From an uncultured Nitrospinota bacterium (GTDB lineage: Bacteria; Tectomicrobia; Entotheonellia; J063; CAVPRW01): 64,000 bases of DNA. The translations under genes and the position numbers were made by a program. Positions 8,316-16,907 of the stretch are shown in pieces. How positions within the stretch are numbered: the first letter of the stretch is position 1; every line of letters begins with the position of its first letter. The notes under the pieces are model-generated. The model was not told where the DNA came from. It was given only the letters and a program-made list of their open reading frames with translations, and ran no database searches. The stretch covers positions 1 to 64,000 of the forward strand of contig CAVPRW010000022.1 of NCBI GenBank assembly GCA_963707985.1, read 5' to 3'.

Positions 8316-9495
8316 TCATGCCACCCGCGCCCCTGAGCGCTCCCCCGGAGGGGGACCGCTGGCGCGCGGGATGACGCCGAGCCGGACCAGAAGCCGACCG
8401 CAACGGGGACAGCGTTCGGGATGGGCCTCACCCCGGTCCCGGCACGCCGTCTGCCAGTCGAGCACCACGGGCACGACCACCGGCCCTTGCCCCACCTGCG
8501 CCCGAGCACAGGCTCATGCTGCGCGCGCAGTGCATGCATACAGCCCGTAGCCCCGCACCACGCGGGTGCCGGGTGCGGGGACATGCAGCCGATAGCGTCG
8601 GATGAACTCCGTCACGGGCAAGGTCATGACGCCCCGCCGCGCCTGGCCCGACCCCTCTCCATTGATGCGATACCAGCAGCGCACCTCCCCCGCGGCACAC
8701 GACCGCCGCCGCGCATTCGAGAGCGGCCCCCCACGGCTGTAGCGCGCCAAATAGGTCAGCACCCCCTCCCCGTACGGATACCGCTCCCGGATGTGGACGT
8801 GCCACTGCTGCCGACCCAGCTGATGGCGCAGGGTCTCCCAGTGTCGCCGGGTCCTCCCCACCGGCAGGGTGAGTTGCCCTCGGCGCACGGCCGTATCAAT
8901 CGCCGCCAACAGCTGGCCCCGAAACACCGCCATCACCACCCGCACCGGCAGCAGAAACCCGTTCCGCACCTCGCGCCACTGGCCCTCGGCCGTGAGCCCA
9001 CCACCGGTCACCAAACAGTGCACATGCGGGTGCAGCACCAACGTCTGGCTCCAGGGGTGCAGCGCCGCGATGAGGCCCGGCTGGGCCCCCCAGATACTTC
9101 TGATCACGGAGGAGTTCACACACCGTCTGCCAGACGGTTGCAAACAACAGATTGGTCATCGGGCGCACATTCGCCAACCACCACCCGTGCCGTTCCGCAG
9201 GCATAGTAAAGATCAGGTGATAGGGCTCACAGGCCAGCAACCGGGCCTGCTGGCGCCCCAGCCAGCGCTCGACCTGCAGCCAGGCCCATTGGGGACACAG
9301 CCGGTGGCGACAGGAGTTGTACCACACCCGTTCGACATGCCCCTCCGGACAGGCTTGGATGTGTCCCCCTACCACCGCGGTGCGACACACCAGCAGCGCC
9401 CACGCCGCCTTGCGCACATCGTCCGGCAGCGGGTGGCACTGCTCAAATGCGGCCTAGCCGTGCTGGAGAATCTGCTGCACCGTCACCGGTCCCAT
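8316..9495 (-). pseudogene. IS91-family (Y2/HUH) transposase, frameshifted
   Basis: CRTAVVGGH...YNSCRHRLCP, HPHVH and YLARY lie in different frames; homologous to 12615-13796. Confidence 0.85.
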
Positions 9496-9543
9496 GCCTT
9501 TCGTCCCTCGTGACGCACCACCCTCCCCCGCCCAGGCGGGTTA

Positions 9544-9640
9544 GTCCAACGACCAAGATAAGTTGCCGGGCCGGCTACAACGACGTTATTTCTCGATAAG
9601 CCGTGATGCCGGCCCGGTCAACTTCATCGGCTGATTCGGC
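9544..9640 (-). other. attC site of restriction-endonuclease cassette 1; variant R'' GCCGAAT
   Basis: GCCGAAT...GATGAAGTTGACCGGGCCGGC...GCCGGCCCGGCAACTTATC...GTTGGAC. Confidence 0.85.
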
Positions 9641-9667
9641 TTCAGTTGCTTCTTCCTACCCTCGCTA

Positions 9668-10606
9668 CTACTCAACACGAACTTCTTTCTCCGCAATCAG
9701 TTCCTCGATCTGGGGAGCCTTCGCATCCCCAATCGGTGGGATATGATTCAACAACGTGTGGTACAACTCAAATGTGTTTGGCTCTAGCTCCTTCTCTTCC
9801 GGGCCGGATTCGATCTCCACCCACGCATCACGATGAATCGGTCCAAGAGCGTAAACCTGCTTGTTAGGAATAGTTACTTTTCGACGAAGATGATCGTAAC
9901 TCCCAAGGGTCACGTCTTCTCGTACGGTTTGCGCAAACCATTTCTTACTGCATGTAAAGAACAATTCGAGTGCGCCAACGAAAAGACCGCGACCATTGTA
10001 TGTCCATCCCGCGTGCGGCTGAAAAGTGCACCTGAACGTAATCTGCTTGGCATCCTCACTTTCCAGAATCAGTTTGCGAGATAATTCACTGATCCAGTTG
10101 ATTACGGGCAAGTTGTCGCAAGAGAGCTGATCGACCTTCCAGCCAAGATCGACTTCAGGAGGCTGCCCAGTAAACGGGTGAAGGATCACTCGCATCGAAT
10201 CGACCGACAGGCGCTTGGCAATTACAACTCGCTCGATCACAACCTTTATTCGTCGATCGCCCATTTTCAATGCAGAGGCCGTTTCGATGCCGACACGAGC
10301 GGCTTTTCGCAATGCCGGACCTGTGAACCCTGAGTTGCTATAAATAACCGCCCGATCGGGGTTCAAGTCGCGGCGCTTGGAATCCAGTGCATCGACTACG
10401 GCAATTCCAATGGGGTTTGCCCAATCTTTGCACTCAATAAGAACAAAGAAGGGTGAACCTTCAATGGTTCCCCGGATTTCGACATCAAGATCGCGTTTGC
10501 CGTCAGGTCCTTCAATCCATTGACCGACTTTCACGGAAGCCCCGGGATCAAGAGCTTGGGAAACGGCGCCCACAATGTCCTGATACTCGTCACCGGCCTT
10601 CGCCAT
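9668..10606 (-). CDS. Mrr-like restriction endonuclease domain protein (cassette)
   Basis: RDLDVEI...LIECKDW...SNSGFTGPA PD-(D/E)xK motif. Confidence 0.8.
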   Translation of the reverse strand: MAKAGDEYQDIVGAVSQALDPGASVKVGQWIEGPDGKRDLDVEIRGTIEGSPFFVLIECKDWANPIGIAVVDALDSKRRDLNPDRAVIYSNSGFTGPALRKAARVGIETASALKMGDRRIKVVIERVVIAKRLSVDSMRVILHPFTGQPPEVDLGWKVDQLSCDNLPVINWISELSRKLILESEDAKQITFRCTFQPHAGWTYNGRGLFVGALELFFTCSKKWFAQTVREDVTLGSYDHLRRKVTIPNKQVYALGPIHRDAWVEIESGPEEKELEPNTFELYHTLLNHIPPIGDAKAPQIEELIAEKEVRVE

Positions 10607-10620
10607 AGCTTCGCCTCGCC

Positions 10621-10729
10621 GCCGAATGCGGCGCTCAGCGGCGGGGGCAAAACCACTCCAAACCGCTGGCGGAGCCACCGAGCCACAACGCACCGCTGGC
10701 CCCCCGTCCGCTGCAGTGGGTGGTTCGGC
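10621..10729 (-). other. attC site of the BrnTA cassette; variant R' ATTCGGC
   Basis: Same family as 5892-6001 and 13844-13953. Confidence 0.88.
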
Positions 10730-10799
10730 GCAGATCTTGAGAGAGACCCCGTCCTTGCGACTCTGCCTGCTACCGAAAGCATCACATGCAAGTATGCCG

Positions 10800-11003
10800 C
10801 TACGGCACGACCGTTTCTAGGAAAGCCATATCTTTCCTGATCCAGTCGTTGACGAGAGTCTCGACATCCACGCCTTTTTTCGCCGCCACTTTTTGCACAA
10901 AGACGGCGACATCTGGATCAAGATAGATGGGAATATCTAATTCGGCATCTGCGTGATAGAATTTCCCCCGCTCTCCACCTGAAAAATCATATTCTTGCTT
11001 CAC
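10800..11003 (-). CDS. brnA: BrnA-like antitoxin
   Basis: MKQEYDFSGGERGKFY...IYLDPDV; overlaps the brnT stop. Confidence 0.75.
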   Translation of the reverse strand: MKQEYDFSGGERGKFYHADAELDIPIYLDPDVAVFVQKVAAKKGVDVETLVNDWIRKDMAFLETVVP

Positions 11004-11299
11004 GTGTGTCCCTCCTGATATGGCCTGATTTCACGCGCGGCCGCTCTCCGGGCCGAGATGATGCGTATCCTGCATGAGGCCGCGTCAATCTGGTGAAAGG
11101 TATGCACAACCACCAGTAAACTGCCGCTTTGGTCAAGGCCGAGCGTGATCCAGCGGTCTTCTTCGTCACTGTGGGCGACATCAACGATCGAGAGTGCCTG
11201 GGGATCACGGAAAATCGTCGCGGCACGCTCAAAACTGGGGCGATGGCTGCGCAGATTTTCCTTAGCCTTCCTGGGGTCCCACTCAAAAATATACCGCAA
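11000..11299 (-). CDS. brnT: BrnT family toxin
   Basis: FEWDPRKAKENL..H..SFE...EDRWITLG...RIISARRA. Confidence 0.9.
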   Translation of the reverse strand: MRYIFEWDPRKAKENLRSHRPSFERAATIFRDPQALSIVDVAHSDEEDRWITLGLDQSGSLLVVVHTFHQIDAASCRIRIISARRAAAREIRPYQEGHT

Positions 11300-11350
11300 C
11301 GAGCCACCTCAATTGCAGGATGTCATGGTTTTGCTCCAATGCGCTTGGCC

Positions 11351-11443
11351 GCCGAACGAATAAGCGTTAAGCGGCCGCGCCCAGAAGCGGGCGCGACGCA
11401 GGAGCGGATGCTTCTGGGCGTCGGCTCCAGTGCCTAGTTCGGC
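11351..11443 (-). other. attC site of the esterase cassette; apparently chimeric arms
   Basis: GCCGAAC...GCCCAGAAGC...GCTTCTGGGC...GCTTAACGCTTATTC-GTTCGGC. Confidence 0.8.
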
Positions 11444-11547
11444 GCTCTTCGCTCACGCCGGTCACGTGCCGTGTACTGGTGCTTTCGACCGCCGCTGAAG
11501 CGATCTGCCAGGAAGAGCCAGGTATTCGTTAGAGGGCCCTGCTTGGG

Positions 11548-12351
11548 TCACCGCCATGCGCTCGCGACGATCGGGAGAAATTCTCTCAGGCACGCCTTCC
11601 ACACACCCCAGCTATGATCTCCTTCTATTTTGCGCCACAAGTGGGGGATGTTCAACCTGGCAAGCTCAGCCACGAGCTGTCTGTTAGTGTTAAGCAGCGA
11701 GTCAGGGCCGTTCCCTCCGATCGCATCGCTTTTACCACAGCCGTGGTAGGAAACAGCGAGCTTCGTCAGCTGATTCTGCTGCGCCTTACAAGTGGCCAAC
11801 AGGGCCGGGAAGGGAGCCATGCCTGATCTCTGCTGGATAGCATCACTGAAGTTCCCGATTGCAGAAAAACAGTTCAAGTGATCTAAGCCGAACTCCAACG
11901 CCTGCTTTCCTCCCATGGAAAGCCCAGCGATGGCGCGTTTCACATATCTGCCATCGGCCGTCGTGCCTACTAGAATCTTGTATGCCCCCTCGACGTCGTC
12001 CAAGAGCCGCTTTAGATAGCCATCAAGCCAAACCTTGGTTGGGAACTCCCTCTTTTGCTTCTGCTGGTCAGACTCAAACCCGAAGGGCATGACGACAAGA
12101 AACGGCTCAATCAGTTCGTCTTGCAGCAGCTCATCCAGAATGGCTGAGGCTCGGCCATGCACTTCCCAACTGAATTCCACATCGCCGACGCCGTGAAGCA
12201 GATATAGGACGGGGTACGATCCTCCCTTCGCATCGTCGTAGCCGGCAGGTGTGTAAAGAAGGCACCGCTGAAGAATCTTGTTATTCCTGTGGTTGACCAA
12301 GCTAGGGTTAGGGTTGGGGTTGGGATGGTAGCTGAGACCATGCATCCGCAT
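11548..12351 (-). CDS. Alpha/beta-hydrolase esterase (CE1/Fes-like; cassette)
   Basis: YTPAGYD...YPVLYLLHG, GLSMGG nucleophile, C-terminal GDHSWGVW. Confidence 0.85.
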   Translation of the reverse strand: MRMHGLSYHPNPNPNPSLVNHRNNKILQRCLLYTPAGYDDAKGGSYPVLYLLHGVGDVEFSWEVHGRASAILDELLQDELIEPFLVVMPFGFESDQQKQKREFPTKVWLDGYLKRLLDDVEGAYKILVGTTADGRYVKRAIAGLSMGGKQALEFGLDHLNCFSAIGNFSDAIQQRSGMAPFPALLATCKAQQNQLTKLAVSYHGCGKSDAIGGNGPDSLLNTNRQLVAELARLNIPHLWRKIEGDHSWGVWKACLREFLPIVASAWR

Positions 12352-12380
12352 ACTTTGCTCCTTACATCGTCGCGTTTACC

Positions 12381-12403
12381 GCCGAACGAATAAGCGTTAA
12401 GCG
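12381..12403 (-). other. Half attC (L'-R' arm only) downstream of IS91 cassette 2
   Basis: CGCTTAACGCTTATTCGTTCGGC, identical to the arm at 11351-11373; no complementary arm found. Confidence 0.65.
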
Positions 12404-12614
12404 ACCGACTATGGAGCTTGGATCCCTCCGCTAACCCAGTGGCGCTCCTTCGCGAGGTGAATGTCCCGTGAATCGCGGGCTGTGGGCCTGAACATCGGGA
12501 GGGGGCCGGGACATCCTGAAGCGCGTCCTCTCCCAACAGGCCGGCTTCGCCCCGCCGCCGGCCGCACCTCGACCCTTCGAGCCCACTTCCGGCCTGCCAC
12601 CGCCGTCCTCCCTC

Positions 12615-13796
12615 TCATGCCACCTGCTCCCACGCCGTCTTGGCGGCTGGGGGGGCACCAGCGCGGGGCATGAGGGCAGTGCACACCAGCCGCTGCCCAC
12701 AGACCGGACAGCGCTCTGGATCCGCTTCCGCCCCTTGGCGGCTATCGGACGGCCCATCCTCCGGGCCGGCTCCCTCGACGGCGTCTTGTCCCAACGGCGG
12801 CCGACAATGGGCCAGCGCTTCGGCGGAGGTGTGCGCATACAGGCCCCAACAGCGCACCAGCACGGCCCTCCCAGGTGGTACATGGCGCAAAAAGCGCCCA
12901 ATGAACGGCTCGATCGGCAAGCACATCGTCCGCTGTTTCGCCTGGCCGCCTGGGCCTTTGGCCCGCTCTTCATACCGAAAGACGACCCGCTGGCCCTCAC
13001 ACGAGACCAACCGCTGGGCAGCGATGGGGCCTCCGCGCAGATACCGCGCCAAGTAGATCAGCACCCCCTGTCCATCGGGATAGCGCTCCCGGATATGCAC
13101 GTGCCACTTCTGGCGGCCCAGCTTGTTGAGCAGATTCTCCACGTGTTGCTGGCTCTGACCCGCGGGCAACTGGAGCGTCCCTTGCGCCAACCCCTGACGG
13201 ATGGCCGCGCGCAGCTTACCCCGGAAGACCGCCATGACCACCCGCATGGGCAGGAGAAACCCGTTGCTCACGGCCACCCAGTGGCCTGACTCATGCCGGC
13301 CCCCGCCGGTCACCAAGCAATGGATGTGCGGATGCAGGATCAACGTCTGACTCCACGTGTGCCGCGTGGCGATGATGCCAGGCTTGGCCCCCAGATATTT
13401 CGCATCGCTCAGCAGCTCCAGGAGCGTGTCGTGCACACTGGCACACAGCAGCCCGCTCATGACGGCGACGTTGGCCAGCCACAGGTCATTGAGGGCGTGG
13501 GGCATGGTGAAGATCGCATGATAGTGCTCGCAGGCCAACAGCCGGGCCTGCTGTCGGACCAGCCAGCGCTCGATCTGCAGCCAGGCACATGGCGGACACA
13601 GCCGGTGGCGACAGGAGTTGTACCAGATGCGCTCACAATGGCCCTCGGGACAGCGCTGCACATGGCCCCCCAACACCGCCGTGCGACAGGCCATGAGCGC
13701 CCACACCGCCCGACGCACGTAGCCCGGCAGCGGGTGGCTGCGTTCAAAGGCCGTGTAGCCCTGGTGCAACATCTGCTGGATCGTCACTCCGGCCAC
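12615..13796 (-). CDS. IS91-family (Y2/HUH) rolling-circle transposase (cassette)
   Basis: Zn-binding ACRTAVLGGH...YNSCRHRLCPPC, HUH motif HPHIH, YLARY; GTG start after GAAGGAG. Confidence 0.9.
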   Translation of the reverse strand: MAGVTIQQMLHQGYTAFERSHPLPGYVRRAVWALMACRTAVLGGHVQRCPEGHCERIWYNSCRHRLCPPCAWLQIERWLVRQQARLLACEHYHAIFTMPHALNDLWLANVAVMSGLLCASVHDTLLELLSDAKYLGAKPGIIATRHTWSQTLILHPHIHCLVTGGGRHESGHWVAVSNGFLLPMRVVMAVFRGKLRAAIRQGLAQGTLQLPAGQSQQHVENLLNKLGRQKWHVHIRERYPDGQGVLIYLARYLRGGPIAAQRLVSCEGQRVVFRYEERAKGPGGQAKQRTMCLPIEPFIGRFLRHVPPGRAVLVRCWGLYAHTSAEALAHCRPPLGQDAVEGAGPEDGPSDSRQGAEADPERCPVCGQRLVCTALMPRAGAPPAAKTAWEQVA

Positions 13797-13843
13797 CCCC
13801 ACTCCTTCAGCCGCGCAACCCCCTCCCCCGCGGATGCGGGTTA

Positions 13844-13953
13844 GTCCAACGCTCGCACTCAGCGGCGGGGGCCGAATGACCACCAGCGTCCGAGTACCCC
13901 ACCAAGCCGTGCAGCACCGCTGGCCCCCCGTCCGCTGCAGTGGCTGGTTCGGC
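13844..13953 (-). other. attC site of the RelE TA cassette
   Basis: GCCGAAC...GCTGAGTGCGAGC-GTTGGAC. Confidence 0.92.
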
Positions 13954-13966
13954 CGGGGCAAGAACT

Positions 13967-14248
13967 TCAGTACACTTCTTCATGCGTTCCAACTGTCTGT
14001 AGCAGGATAGCTTCGGAGCCTTCGTATGGGACAAACGTAAACACGATTCTGAGATCGTAGCCTGCACTACACGCCCAGGAGCCCTCTAGCTTGCCCTTCA
14101 ACTTGTGCGTTCGCAATTGAGGATGAAAGGCATCTTCAGTCAACAACTCTAGAGCTGCTTGGACATCCTCAGTCGCCTGAGGATGTTTCCTCAGCAGGCG
14201 CCGAGTCGTCCGCACAAAGGCATTGGAGCGCAGGAGCAGCCGTTTCAC
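13967..14248 (-). CDS. RelE/YafQ-like type II toxin
   Basis: LRTHKLKGKLEGSWACSAGYDLRIVF...VGTHEEVY; GTGA overlap with the upstream gene. Confidence 0.88.
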   Translation of the reverse strand: MKRLLLRSNAFVRTTRRLLRKHPQATEDVQAALELLTEDAFHPQLRTHKLKGKLEGSWACSAGYDLRIVFTFVPYEGSEAILLQTVGTHEEVY

Positions 14249-14469
14249 GAGACTATCTCTTTCATGAGGTCCGCTGGCGTGACTGGCCGACACTGACCAG
14301 CCTCAAATGCCTGCTGAGCCTGCTGCACGTCTTTGGCCAGCTCTTCTCGCCGACGCTCAAGGAGGCGACGATGGAGAACCCCAACCAATGCTTCCTGTTC
14401 CTCTAGAGATAACTTGTCGACAGCTTCCAATACTTCGCCGAAAGGCATGACGTTTTCCATGATTTTCAT
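14245..14469 (-). CDS. Putative cognate antitoxin
   Basis: Small acidic helical ORF coupled to the toxin. Confidence 0.75.
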   Translation of the reverse strand: MKIMENVMPFGEVLEAVDKLSLEEQEALVGVLHRRLLERRREELAKDVQQAQQAFEAGQCRPVTPADLMKEIVS

Positions 14470-14496
14470 GACTCCTTGCTTGACCATGGCACTATG

Positions 14497-14584
14497 GCCG
14501 AACGCTGGGCGTCAGGCGCGGCTGAAAGCGGGAGCGAGGCACGAGCGGACGCTGGCAGCCGTCGCCTGCACGCCTTGGTTAGGT
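14497..14584 (-). other. attC site of the ModA-like cassette
   Basis: ACCTAAC...CGTGCAGGCGAC...CGCGCCTGACG-CCCAGC-GTTCGGC. Confidence 0.92.
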
Positions 14585-14694
14585 GTGTAGGATGGCAGGG
14601 ACACGGTACTCACCCGCCTGCTGCATGGGCACCTCCTCCTTTAGGCGGTCCCGACGACTACATATGAGTCCAAACCAGGTGCCACGCCTTCGCC

Positions 14695-15498
14695 TCAGCC
14701 CGGATTCATACCTTTGGCCTGTATCACCGCGGTGGCGGCGGGAGTCGTCAGGTAGGTGATGAACGCCTTGGCGGCTTCCGCTTCTTTGGTGTGCGCAGCG
14801 ATGGCTGCCGTGAACACGACTTCCTGCTGTAGTTCGGCGGGGAACGGACCGACCACATCCAGACCGGGGGCCGTCAGCACGTTGATGAGAAACACGCCGA
14901 GCTCGGCCTCACCTTTAGCAACCACCTCAACGACCTGTGCTGGTCCTGTCTGCGCCTTGGTCTTGGCTTTCATCGCTTCGCTGATGCCGAGACTTTCGAA
15001 TACCCGCAAAACCTGGGCGCCAGCCGCGCTTGCCGGTATGGTGGCGATGGATTGCGCTTTGAGCAGCGTCTGCTTCAGCGCTTCGGACGTGCTGATGTCG
15101 GGCTTGGGGGCACCCGAGCGGACGGCGACGCCGAGGCCGACGCGAGCAATGTCGGTGGTCGGCCCGGACGCGAACTGCGCCTGAGCGGCGGCGTCCTTGA
15201 ACACCTCCCGAGGGACGACACCAAGGTCGAATGGACCACCGGTCGTGGCCAGTTTGATCAGTTCGGGGGTGGTGCCGAAGCGAAACACAAGCGTATGGCC
15301 GGAGGCGCTCTCGAATGGCGCGGCAAGCTCTCTCAACGGGCCCGTCATGGCACCGCCCGCCAAGATCTGGAGTTCAGCAGCCTGCACGTGGGCGATCGGC
15401 GATAGGACAAGCGCCAGGCCCAGCATCGAGGCAGCTGCAGGCAGGATCCGTTGGCCAGTGACCTTGCCCTGGAATGCTCCAAGTTTTTCTCCCAACAT
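14695..15498 (-). CDS. ModA-like periplasmic substrate-binding protein (cassette)
   Basis: LAGGAM, GLGVAVRSGAPKPDIST, GEAELG, VVGPFPAELQ motifs. Confidence 0.85.
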   Translation of the reverse strand: MLGEKLGAFQGKVTGQRILPAAASMLGLALVLSPIAHVQAAELQILAGGAMTGPLRELAAPFESASGHTLVFRFGTTPELIKLATTGGPFDLGVVPREVFKDAAAQAQFASGPTTDIARVGLGVAVRSGAPKPDISTSEALKQTLLKAQSIATIPASAAGAQVLRVFESLGISEAMKAKTKAQTGPAQVVEVVAKGEAELGVFLINVLTAPGLDVVGPFPAELQQEVVFTAAIAAHTKEAEAAKAFITYLTTPAATAVIQAKGMNPG

Positions 15499-15632
15499 AG
15501 TCGTCTCCTTGGCTTGCGCAGTGACCCAACACGCCAAGCGCCCTCAGACACTCCTCCCAGGGATTGTCCGACGGTGCCTCGCACTCCAGAGTGGAAGAAA
15601 TCCGTGACCCTCCCTCCTTAGGCAAAATTGAC

Positions 15633-15730
15633 ACCTAACGCTCCCGGTGAGCGGCGGCCCGCAGCCACCAAGACCAGGAAGGACCAAAAAGCCTGCGCTG
15701 TGGGCCGTCCGCTCCACTGGAATGTTAGGC
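15633..15730 (-). other. attC site of restriction-endonuclease cassette 2
   Basis: GCCTAAC...GTGGAGCGGACGGCCC...GGGCCGCCGCTCACC...GTTAGGT. Confidence 0.92.
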
Positions 15731-15857
15731 CAAGGATGTGATACTGCAACACTGGGCCCCATTCCCCTGCTGACGCACCTTCATCTGCCTCCCCTCCACT
15801 GTGCCGGCTCGGGTGCAACCGCTAGTTGGTCTGCCGCCGGATACGAGGCAAATGCGA

Positions 15858-16790
15858 TTATCCTCGTGAACTTTCGATACGAATCTTGGGTATCTTGGGA
15901 ACCCTTTCAACCTCCAGATCTATACAGCCCCAATATCGTTCAACGATTAGCTGATAGGACCCCGTTTCAGGAATCTCGCCCTCGTAATCCTCCCAATCGG
16001 GAAGATTAGGATCAAATCCATGAATGCTGATCGAGCCTGTCTTAGGTACATCGAGAGACTTCGTTTCCCAGTTGTAGAGTGCATCACCAGTCATCTGCAT
16101 GAACCGCCTCTTCTTTGCGAAGAGACGTTCCGCATAGACGTTGACTTCGGCGATTCGAAAACTATCACCGTGGATCGTAACCTTGACGTATGGCTGGAAT
16201 ACCGCATGGAGATGGATAGGAGTCAACTCTGTAGTGTTGAGATACGTTGTCGACAATTCTTTCTCGAACATGTTAACAATAGGTGCGTCTTTGTAGAGTA
16301 TTTCATTGGCGGAATAGGAACCTGAGCGCGGCGATTTGCCGTGAAATCGGATTTGATACTGACGGTCACTCCAATGATATGCTTGTGCATACCAAAGAAC
16401 TCCGATACTAAATCCGGCTTCATTAGGATCGTCGGGGAGCAGTGAAAATACGCCAACACCGGCATCCTTTGCCTGCGTGAGAGCAGGCTCGGTGAAGCCT
16501 GTGGGGGAAACAATCATCCGGAGGTTTGCATTGATATCTCGGGTCTTCGTGATAAAAGCGTCTATTTCGGGTGTACCAATTTTGTCAGCCCAGTCTTTAC
16601 ATTCGATAACGCCAAGCATAGGCTGTCCTGCAAACCTGCCGCGAACCACGACATCAAACTCGCGTGGTATGCCCAGCCTGTTAATGATTTTCTCGCGATA
16701 CGTGACAATGCTGTCCGGCTCGAGCATTTGTTGAATTCGCCCGAGCGCTTGCTCAAGAGTTTTCCCGGTCTTGTCTCGATCCACGGACAA
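15858..16790 (-). CDS. Mrr-like restriction endonuclease domain protein (cassette)
   Basis: REFDVVV...IECKDW...SPTGFTEPA; AT-richer than the host genes. Confidence 0.8.
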   Translation of the reverse strand: MSVDRDKTGKTLEQALGRIQQMLEPDSIVTYREKIINRLGIPREFDVVVRGRFAGQPMLGVIECKDWADKIGTPEIDAFITKTRDINANLRMIVSPTGFTEPALTQAKDAGVGVFSLLPDDPNEAGFSIGVLWYAQAYHWSDRQYQIRFHGKSPRSGSYSANEILYKDAPIVNMFEKELSTTYLNTTELTPIHLHAVFQPYVKVTIHGDSFRIAEVNVYAERLFAKKRRFMQMTGDALYNWETKSLDVPKTGSISIHGFDPNLPDWEDYEGEIPETGSYQLIVERYWGCIDLEVERVPKIPKIRIESSRG

Positions 16791-16850
16791 ATCCTTATAC
16801 AGTCAGTTTGACGATCTGGAAGATGCATTATACGGCTGAACCGGGAGCAG

Positions 16851-16907
16851 GCCTAACGCCATCGCTCACCGGCGCTGTCAAGCGTCCGGTGCAGCGCGTT
16901 GTTATGT
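16851..16907 (-). other. Minimal 57-bp attC; cassette stop codon lies in R''
   Basis: ACATAAC-AACGC-GCTGCACCGGACGC...GCGCCGGTGAGC-GATGGC-GTTAGGC. Confidence 0.93.

Noticed and set aside
13797..13961. N-terminal extension of the 448-aa IS91 ORF (and the similar extension of the 341-aa REase ORF)
   Set aside because: Read-through of attC sequence; the real starts lie inside the cassettes
460..16907. Recurring palindromic repeats as a CRISPR array or REP elements
   Set aside because: They are 57-110 bp, separated by whole genes, and have R/L box architecture, so they are attC sites; no cas genes are present
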